Below, in pieces: positions 38,296 through 44,817 of a stretch of DNA of 44,817 bases (positions within the stretch are counted from its first letter, which is position 1; every line of letters starts with the position of its first letter). A program made the position numbers and the translations under genes. The notes below the pieces were generated by a model. It was given only the letters and a program-made list of their open reading frames with translations. It was not told where the DNA came from and did no database searches. Source of the DNA: an uncultured Piscirickettsiaceae bacterium (GTDB lineage Bacteria; Pseudomonadota; Gammaproteobacteria; GCF-002020875); assembly GCA_964647745.1 (NCBI GenBank), contig CAZYJG010000001.1:1-44817 (forward strand), in the 5' to 3' direction.

Positions 38296-39041
38296 GCAGT
38301 GCAAATCTTGATGGCCAGGTCGCCCTTGTAACCGGGGCCAGTCGTGGGATCGGCCAGGCGATAGCCCTCAAGCTGGGGGCGATGGGTGCCTATGTTGTGG
38401 GTACCGCCACCTCCGATGCAGGTGCAGAGAAAATCACTGCCTATATGGGTGAGGCGGGGATTCAGGGAGAGGGGATGAACCTCAATGTCACCGATGGCGC
38501 AGCTGTTGGTGCATTGATCAAGAGGATTGCTGACGAGCAGGGTACCGTGACCATTCTGGTCAACAATGCGGGGATCACCCGTGATAACCTGTTGATGCGA
38601 ATGAAAGAGGAGGAGTGGGAGGCAATCATGGATACCAACCTCACCTCTATCTATCGGGTCTCCAAGGCCTGCCTGCGTGGCATGATGAAGGCGCGTACAG
38701 GTCGGATCATCAGCATCACCTCGGTTGTGGGTGCAATGGGGAATCCGGGGCAGTCCAACTATGCGGCTGCAAAGGCTGGGGTCATGGGGTTCAGCAAGGC
38801 GCTGGCCCGTGAGGTGGCCTCCCGGGGCATTACTGTCAATACGGTTGCACCCGGTTTCATCGATACCGACATGACCCAGGCACTGCCAGAGGAGCAGAAG
38901 GATGCACTGAAGACCCAGATTCCGCTCGGTACACTGGGGCAGCCCGGTGATATTGCCAGTGCGGTTGGATTCCTTGCTTCAGAAGAGGCAGCTTATATTA
39001 CAGGGCAGACACTGCATGTTAATGGTGGGATGTACATGTAG
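38292..39041 (+). CDS. fabG: 3-oxoacyl-ACP reductase FabG
   Basis: TGASRGIG, NNAG and the YAAAKAG catalytic triad region. ATGA overlap with fabD. Confidence 0.96.
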   Translation: MSSANLDGQVALVTGASRGIGQAIALKLGAMGAYVVGTATSDAGAEKITAYMGEAGIQGEGMNLNVTDGAAVGALIKRIADEQGTVTILVNNAGITRDNLLMRMKEEEWEAIMDTNLTSIYRVSKACLRGMMKARTGRIISITSVVGAMGNPGQSNYAAAKAGVMGFSKALAREVASRGITVNTVAPGFIDTDMTQALPEEQKDALKTQIPLGTLGQPGDIASAVGFLASEEAAYITGQTLHVNGGMYM

Positions 39042-39147
39042 CAAATACTATTTTGCAAAGGGGAAGATGGTGGTAAAATTGCACGCAGTTTTTCAACCAT
39101 CGTTGTAAAATTACCGAGACATAAACAACAAATCGTAGAGGATTCAA

Positions 39148-39384
39148 ATGAGCGATATTCAAGAACAGGTTACCAAGATTGTTGCAGAGCAGTTGGGTGT
39201 TGATGAGGGGGAGATCACGACAGAGTCATCTTTTGTAGATGATCTGGGTGCGGACTCACTGGACACCGTTGAACTGGTCATGGCTCTTGAGGAGGAGTTT
39301 GGTTGTGAGATTCCTGATGATGAGGCCGAGAAGATCACCACGGTTCAGCAGGCGATTGACTACGTCAATAAGGCAAACGGCTAA
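39148..39384 (+). CDS. acpP: Acyl carrier protein
   Basis: 78 aa with the phosphopantetheine site [20 protein letters not shown]. Confidence 0.98.
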   Translation: MSDIQEQVTKIVAEQLGVDEGEITTESSFVDDLGADSLDTVELVMALEEEFGCEIPDDEAEKITTVQQAIDYVNKANG

Positions 39385-39431
39385 CCATCATACTGATATC
39401 GTTTTCATGGCGATGCTGTAAAGGCTGTCAA

Positions 39432-39465
39432 GGGCCGCACTTCAGATGGAAGTGCGGCTCTTTTT
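39432..39465 (+). terminator. Intrinsic terminator/attenuator after acpP
   Basis: 10-12 bp stem GCCGCACTTC/GAAGTGCGGC, loop AGATG, then TCTTTTT. It lies 19 nt before the fabF start, so it probably acts only partially. Confidence 0.75.
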
Positions 39466-39483
39466 AATTGACAAGGAAACAAG

Positions 39484-40728
39484 ATGAAAGGTGACAGACG
39501 CATTGTTGTAACAGGGCTGGGTATGGTCTCTCCTGTTGGAAATACCGTAGAGGAGAGCTGGAAGAATATTCTCGATGGTGTCAGTGGTGCCGGACCGGTG
39601 CCTCACTTTGATGCCACTGAATTTCCAGTCACCTTCTCCTGTTCGGTCAAGGATACATTTGATCCGCTGGAGTACCTCAGCAAGAAGGATCTGCGCAAGA
39701 TGGATACCTTCATCCACTATGGAATGGCAGCAGGTATCCAGGCATATCGTGACTCCGGGCTGGAGATTGCCGAAGAGAATGCTGCACGGATCGGTGTCTC
39801 TATCGGCTCCGGGATCGGTGGATTGCCCGGTATTGAGAAGGGGCGGGATTCTCTGGTCAATGGTGGTCCCAGAAAGGTCTCTCCATTCTTTGTCCCCTCC
39901 AATATCATCAATATGGTCTCCGGAAACCTCTCAATTCTACTGGGTGCCAAGGGGCCGAATACCGCCATCGTAACCGCCTGCAGCTCTGCAACACACAGTA
40001 TTGGTGATGCGGCACGGATGATCGCCTATGGTGATGCCGATGTGATGATCACCGGCGGTGCAGAAAATGCCACCTGTCCGGTCGGACTGAGCGGGTTTGC
40101 CCAGGCCAAGGCCCTCTCTACCCGCAACGATGACCCGCAGACAGCAAGCCGCCCCTGGGATCTGGAGCGTGACGGTTTCGTACTGGGGGATGGTGCCGGT
40201 GTCGTTGTTCTGGAGGAGTATGAACATGCCAGGGCACGTGGTGCCAACATCTATGCGGAGGTGACCGGTTTTGGGATGAGTGGGGATGCCTACCACATGA
40301 CCTCTCCGTCACCAGGCGGTGAGGGTGCATCACGCTGCATGGATAGTGCACTGGCCGATGCAGGGCTCAATCCGGACGAGGTGGATTACGTGAATGCACA
40401 CGGTACCTCAACACCGGCTGGTGATATCGCCGAGACCTCTGCGGTCAAGATGACCTTTGGGGATCACGCCTACAGGCTGGCCGTCAACTCCACCAAGTCG
40501 ATGACCGGGCATCTGTTGGGTGCGGCTGGCGGAATCGAGGCGATCTTTGCCATTCTGGCCATCCGGGATCAGGTCTCCCCACCAACCATCAATATCTTTA
40601 ACCAGGATCCGGAGTGTGATCTGGACTATGTGGCCAATACAGCACGGGATATGAAGATCGATATAGCGATCTCCAACTCGTTTGGCTTTGGTGGCACCAA
40701 TGGAACCGTTGTCCTGAAGAAGATGTGA
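39484..40728 (+). CDS. fabF: 3-oxoacyl-ACP synthase II FabF
   Basis: Active-site Cys in [10 protein letters not shown]; His residues in [11 protein letters not shown] and [12 protein letters not shown]. Confidence 0.97.
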   Translation: MKGDRRIVVTGLGMVSPVGNTVEESWKNILDGVSGAGPVPHFDATEFPVTFSCSVKDTFDPLEYLSKKDLRKMDTFIHYGMAAGIQAYRDSGLEIAEENAARIGVSIGSGIGGLPGIEKGRDSLVNGGPRKVSPFFVPSNIINMVSGNLSILLGAKGPNTAIVTACSSATHSIGDAARMIAYGDADVMITGGAENATCPVGLSGFAQAKALSTRNDDPQTASRPWDLERDGFVLGDGAGVVVLEEYEHARARGANIYAEVTGFGMSGDAYHMTSPSPGGEGASRCMDSALADAGLNPDEVDYVNAHGTSTPAGDIAETSAVKMTFGDHAYRLAVNSTKSMTGHLLGAAGGIEAIFAILAIRDQVSPPTINIFNQDPECDLDYVANTARDMKIDIAISNSFGFGGTNGTVVLKKM

Positions 40729-42059
40729 CCGACTCACAACCGCGTGCCTCGGTTGAGAGGATCAGGAGTGATGTGGACCTGCTGGCGCTCCATGCCGCAA
40801 GCCCGGAGCGTTACCCCTACCTGCTGGAGAGCGCTGCTTCCAGCAGTGGCGCACAGTGGGATATCCTTTTTGCCTTCCCGCAACAGACGATCCGTGCAGG
40901 GGAGGGCGACTTTCTTGCTCTGCTCGACCGTGACTGGTCGCAGGGTGGGGCATCTCAGGGGGTAGATGAATCACTCCCCTTTCGCGGAGGGTGGTTTCTC
41001 TTTATCGATTATGAACTGGTCCATCAGATCGAGCCGATACTCTCTCGTGGCAAGGAGAATCCTCCGGTCTCCCACGCCTATGCCACCCGTATTCCTGCAG
41101 CGATTCTCAGGGATCATGTCACCAATACGCTCCACCTGATTGGGGAGGGGGAGAGCGAATTTGTTGAGCTGATGCGTGCGGATCTGGAGAGTCTCCATCC
41201 GCTTCCTGCCACAGACGGAGAGATTCACTTTGAGAGAATCGATGAGGAGCCACCGCAACAGTTTCTCTCCGGGGTGGAGCGCATCAAGCACTACATTGTT
41301 GAGGGGGATGTCTTTCAGGTCAACCTCTCGCGCCGCTGGAGCGGAAAACTCTCCACACCGACACCACCTCACCAGATCTATCGGCGCCTGCGGGAGGCCA
41401 ACCCCGCCCCCTTCTCCGGCCTTGCACTGCAGGATGGAGAGGCAGTCATCAGCTCCTCACCGGAGCGACTGATCGAGGTGAAGGCTGGGGTGGCCGAGAC
41501 GCGCCCCATTGCCGGAACCCACCCCCGCGGAGAGAGCGCCCTGGAGGATGAGCAGCTCTCTGCCCGACTCCTCGCTCACCCCAAGGAGCAGGCGGAACAC
41601 ATCATGCTGATCGATCTGGAGCGCAACGACCTGGGACGGGTCTGCCGACCCGGGTCGATTGAGGTCAATGAGCTGATGGTGCTGGAGAGCTATGCCCATG
41701 TACACCATATTGTATCCAACGTGCGCGGAGAGCTGCGGGAGGGGGTTACCCCTGGAGCGGTGATCCAAGCCCTCTTTCCTGGTGGTACCATTACGGGATG
41801 TCCAAAGGTGCGCTGCATGGAGATCATTGATGAGCTGGAGTCGGAGCCCCGTGGCGCCTATACAGGGAGCTTTGGCTACCTCAACCACAACGGGGATATG
41901 GATCTCAATATCCTGATACGAACCATCACCCAGCGTGGAGAGAGGGTCTCGCTGCGTGCCGGTGCCGGCATTGTCCATGACTCCATTCCAGAGCGTGAGC
42001 TGGAGGAGACCCGGGCCAAGGCCAAGGGGATGTTGGTGGCGCTGGGGATGCAGTCGTGA
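40725..42059 (+). CDS. pabB: Aminodeoxychorismate synthase component I (PabB)
   Basis: Chorismate-binding enzyme fold with the [10 protein letters not shown] motif and AYTGSFGY. The adjacent pabC supports PabB over TrpE. GTG start overlaps the fabF stop. Confidence 0.85.
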   Translation: MTDSQPRASVERIRSDVDLLALHAASPERYPYLLESAASSSGAQWDILFAFPQQTIRAGEGDFLALLDRDWSQGGASQGVDESLPFRGGWFLFIDYELVHQIEPILSRGKENPPVSHAYATRIPAAILRDHVTNTLHLIGEGESEFVELMRADLESLHPLPATDGEIHFERIDEEPPQQFLSGVERIKHYIVEGDVFQVNLSRRWSGKLSTPTPPHQIYRRLREANPAPFSGLALQDGEAVISSSPERLIEVKAGVAETRPIAGTHPRGESALEDEQLSARLLAHPKEQAEHIMLIDLERNDLGRVCRPGSIEVNELMVLESYAHVHHIVSNVRGELREGVTPGAVIQALFPGGTITGCPKVRCMEIIDELESEPRGAYTGSFGYLNHNGDMDLNILIRTITQRGERVSLRAGAGIVHDSIPERELEETRAKAKGMLVALGMQS

Positions 42060-42874
42060 TCCTGGTCAATGGGGTTGAAACGGGGCAGATCGATGTCATG
42101 GACCGTGGGCTGCAGTATGGGGATGGTCTGTTTGAAACCATGGCCGTAATCAATGGACAAACCGAGTTTTGGCAGCCACACATGGAGCGCCTGCAGCTAG
42201 GCTGCCGCCGTCTGTCCATACCGGTCCCGGACGAGAGTATGCTGCGGGGGGAGGCGCAGCAGCTGATCGCTGCACACCCAATGGATCGTCAGGTGCTGAA
42301 GGTGACCATAACCCGTGGATCGGGAGGGCGCGGCTATCGCCCCCCAGAGAATCCGCAGCCAACACGCATCCTTTCACTCTCCCCGTGGCCAGACTACCCA
42401 GCCGAATATTATACGGGTGGTGTCAGGGCGTATCTCTGCAGGACCCGGCTGGGCGCCAACCCGGCACTGGCGGGAGTGAAGCATCTCAACCGCCTGGAGC
42501 AGGTAGTGGCCCGCAGTGAGTGGAGTGATCCAGGGATAGCGGAGGGGGTGATGATGGATGGCGAGGATCACCTGGTTGAGGGGACCATGAGTAACCTCTT
42601 CTTTGTCATGAATGGCGAGATCCATACCCCGGATCTCTCACAGTGTGGTGTTTCCGGTGTGGTGCGACAGATTCTGATTGAGTGCCTGCAACAGGAGGGG
42701 ATACCTGTCCATATTCGTCCAATCGCTCTTGGCGAGCTCGAAACAATGGAGGAGGCCTTCTGCAGCAACAGCTTGATTGAGATCTGGCCGATACGGAAGA
42801 TCGGGGAGAGTGCATTTCCTGCCCCAGGAGCGATGACCACACATTGTATTCAGCTGCTGAACAGGCCATCATAG
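42056..42874 (+). CDS. pabC: Aminodeoxychorismate lyase (PabC, class IV aminotransferase fold)
   Basis: DRGLQYGDGLFET and the PLP-lysine context GVKHLNRLEQV. Its position after fabF matches E. coli. GTG start overlaps the pabB stop. Confidence 0.88.
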   Translation: MILVNGVETGQIDVMDRGLQYGDGLFETMAVINGQTEFWQPHMERLQLGCRRLSIPVPDESMLRGEAQQLIAAHPMDRQVLKVTITRGSGGRGYRPPENPQPTRILSLSPWPDYPAEYYTGGVRAYLCRTRLGANPALAGVKHLNRLEQVVARSEWSDPGIAEGVMMDGEDHLVEGTMSNLFFVMNGEIHTPDLSQCGVSGVVRQILIECLQQEGIPVHIRPIALGELETMEEAFCSNSLIEIWPIRKIGESAFPAPGAMTTHCIQLLNRPS

Positions 42875-42880
42875 CGCCCC

Positions 42881-43528
42881 ATGTTGAGAGGAAAATTCAT
42901 TACGGTTGAGGGCTCCGAGGGGGTGGGCAAGAGCACCAATATCAACCATGTTCGAGCCCGTCTGGAGGGGTACGGGATCGATCTGGTAGAGACCCGGGAA
43001 CCCGGTGGAACCCCGCTGGGAGAGGAGATACGGGAGCTGCTGCTCGACCACCGCCACACCGGCATGTCCCAGGATGCAGAGTTGATGCTGATGTTTGCAG
43101 CGCGTGCGGAGCATCTGTCGCGGGTGATCCTCCCTGCACTGGAGGCAGGCAAGTGGGTGCTCTGTGACCGCTTTACCGATGCCAGCCATGCCTACCAGGG
43201 GGGCGGCAGGGGGATTCCAGCAGAGCGGATTGGGCAGCTGGAGCAGTGGGTACAGCAGGGTCTGCAGCCCGACCTTACCCTGCTGCTCGATATTGATCCG
43301 GAGATCGGGCTGGAGCGTGCCGTCAAGAGAGGGGCGTTGGACCGTTTCGAGAAGGAGGAGATCGCCTTCTTCCACCGGGTGCGGGAAACCTATCTTGAGC
43401 GGGCAGAGGCATTCCCGGAACGCTTTCGTATAGTTGATACATCGTCCCCACTGGAGCAGGTACAGGCACGAATTGATAAGGAGTTAATCCCCTTTATTGA
43501 GCGGGCACTGGAAGAGGGGCAGCGCTGA
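42881..43528 (+). CDS. tmk: Thymidylate kinase
   Basis: P-loop FITVEGSEGVGKST and a DRF motif. 215 aa. Confidence 0.95.
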   Translation: MLRGKFITVEGSEGVGKSTNINHVRARLEGYGIDLVETREPGGTPLGEEIRELLLDHRHTGMSQDAELMLMFAARAEHLSRVILPALEAGKWVLCDRFTDASHAYQGGGRGIPAERIGQLEQWVQQGLQPDLTLLLDIDPEIGLERAVKRGALDRFEKEEIAFFHRVRETYLERAEAFPERFRIVDTSSPLEQVQARIDKELIPFIERALEEGQR

Positions 43529-44496
43529 TGGAGGGAGTACTGCCCTGGCAGCAACCGATCTGGAGCGGGTTTCAGCAGAGGATTCGCCAGGGGAGGGTCC
43601 CCCATGCGCTTCTGCTGCATGGGCCGGAAGGTACCGGGAAAACCCGTTTTGCAACGGCACTGGCAAAGAGCCTGCTCTGTGAACAACCGCTCGACTCTGG
43701 GGAGGGGTGTGGCAGCTGCCCATCCTGTGGGCTGTTTGAGGCCAAGACCCATCCCGATCTTCACCTATTGAGGCCAGAGGAGGGGAAGCAGGTGCTTGCT
43801 GTGGATCAGGTACGGGGCGTGGTGGAGGAGTTCTCCTACACCCCCCAGATTGCCAGCCGCAAGGTGGTGCTCCTTGCGCCGGCAGAGGCGATGAATCGCA
43901 ACGCAGCCAACAGCCTGCTGAAGACCCTGGAGGAGCCCTCCGGTGAGGCGGTGATGATACTCATCTCCCACGCACCCGCGTCACTGCTTCCCACCATCCG
44001 CAGCCGTTGCCAGCAGGTGGCCTTCCCGGCACCCTCCAGAGAGGCCGCGCTGCAGTGGCTGCAACAGCAGCTTCCAGACCAGACCAGCGCCGGTGAGGTA
44101 CTCCAGCTTGCAGAGGGGGCGCCACTGAAGGCGCTGCTGCTCTCAGAGTCGGATCAGCTGGACCACTTTCATGCCATGGGAGGGGAGCTGATTGCCCTGC
44201 TTCAGGGGCATGCCAACCCAATCCAGGTGGCCTACCGCTGGAGCAACAAGAAGCTCGACCCCACAATCACACTGCGCTGGCTGCAGCAGTGGGTGGTTGC
44301 AATCATCAAGAGAGAGTCCGGTGGGGATCTCCCTGAAACCATCGCCTCACTGCACCACTTGCTCAATAGTGTTGAGCAGAAAAAACTCTTCCTCTTCTAT
44401 GACAAGGTGAACCATGCAATCACCCTCTCCGCCACGCCGGTCAACAAGGAGCTGCTGTTTGAGGATCTACTGTTGAGCTGGAGCAGCTTTCGGTGA
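43528..44496 (+). CDS. holB: DNA polymerase III delta-prime subunit
   Basis: HALLLHGPEGTGK, a Zn module CGSCPSC and the SRC motif (TIRSRCQ). The ATG shares one base with the tmk stop. Confidence 0.92.
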   Translation: MEGVLPWQQPIWSGFQQRIRQGRVPHALLLHGPEGTGKTRFATALAKSLLCEQPLDSGEGCGSCPSCGLFEAKTHPDLHLLRPEEGKQVLAVDQVRGVVEEFSYTPQIASRKVVLLAPAEAMNRNAANSLLKTLEEPSGEAVMILISHAPASLLPTIRSRCQQVAFPAPSREAALQWLQQQLPDQTSAGEVLQLAEGAPLKALLLSESDQLDHFHAMGGELIALLQGHANPIQVAYRWSNKKLDPTITLRWLQQWVVAIIKRESGGDLPETIASLHHLLNSVEQKKLFLFYDKVNHAITLSATPVNKELLFEDLLLSWSSFR

Positions 44497-44817
44497 TCGA
44501 CTCCCACTGCCATCTCGACCGACTCAAGATTCCCGAGGGGGAGAGCCTCGGAGATGCACTTGATCGTGCAGTAGAGGCGGGGGTTGATGGTTTTCTCAAT
44601 GTCTGTATCGATCTTGAGAACTTTGATGAGGTTCTGCGCATTGCCAATTCAGATGAGAGGATTGTTGCATCGGTTGGTGTCCATCCCAACGAGATGGAGA
44701 TGACAGAACCGACCCTGGAGGATCTGCTGCAGCGTGCAGAGAACGAGAAGGTTGTCGCGATCGGCGAGACCGGGCTCGACTACCACTATGTGACCGATCC
44801 GGAGAAGCTGGAGCAGC
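44493..44817 (+). CDS. ycfH: TatD-family metal-dependent hydrolase (YcfH-like), 3'-truncated by the window end
   Basis: Hand translation from GTG 44493 gives VIDSHCHLDRL...VASVGVHPNE...VVAIGETGLDYHY, the TatD signatures. It is absent from the ORF track because no stop lies within the window. GTGA overlap with holB. Confidence 0.88.
   Translation, partial: MIDSHCHLDRLKIPEGESLGDALDRAVEAGVDGFLNVCIDLENFDEVLRIANSDERIVASVGVHPNEMEMTEPTLEDLLQRAENEKVVAIGETGLDYHYVTDPEKLEQ

Overview
This 44.8-kb window is a densely packed, mostly plus-strand stretch of core housekeeping genes. Gene order matches gammaproteobacterial (E. coli / Pseudomonas) blocks as I recall them.

The blocks, in order:
- rpsF-rpsR-(membrane ORF)-rplI-dnaB-alr-radA
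- yfjD/ypjD divergent from ffh, then rpsP-rimM-trmD-rplS, xerD-dsbC
- mutS divergent from pncC-thpR-recA-recX-alaS-lysC-csrA-tRNA-Ser(GCU)
- dbpA divergent from yaiI-modABC-LMW phosphatase
- rne divergent from rluC-HAD hydrolase, with a convergent maf (yceF)
- yceD-rpmF-plsX-fabHDG-acpP-fabF-pabB-pabC-tmk-holB and a truncated tatD-family ycfH

I call 50 protein genes and 1 tRNA, plus several clear intrinsic terminators, four sequence-only promoter candidates and three short direct repeats. I found no rRNA, CRISPR array, transposase, integrase, toxin-antitoxin pair or recognisable defence genes.

I did not find a convincing novel multigene system; this reads as an ordinary core region. The leads worth a second look are all modest:
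1. An uncharacterised 303-aa polytopic membrane protein sits inside the rpsR-rplI ribosomal operon. Interleaved stems (possible pseudoknot) cover its putative Shine-Dalgarno.
2. The recA promoter region lacks a canonical CTGT-N8-ACAG SOS box and carries a GCTGT-N3-ACAGC palindrome at the predicted transcription start.
3. dbpA, next to tRNA-Ser, has lower GC and atypical codons, and the spacer before it is structured.
4. The RNase E C-terminal half is repeat-rich and low-complexity, and its upstream region is 577 bp and rich in hairpins.
5. A translationally coupled fabF-pabB-pabC-tmk-holB-ycfH chain lacks the mltG gene that E. coli has at that position.

All functional calls rest on motif and family recognition by eye plus synteny from memory. 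No database search was run.
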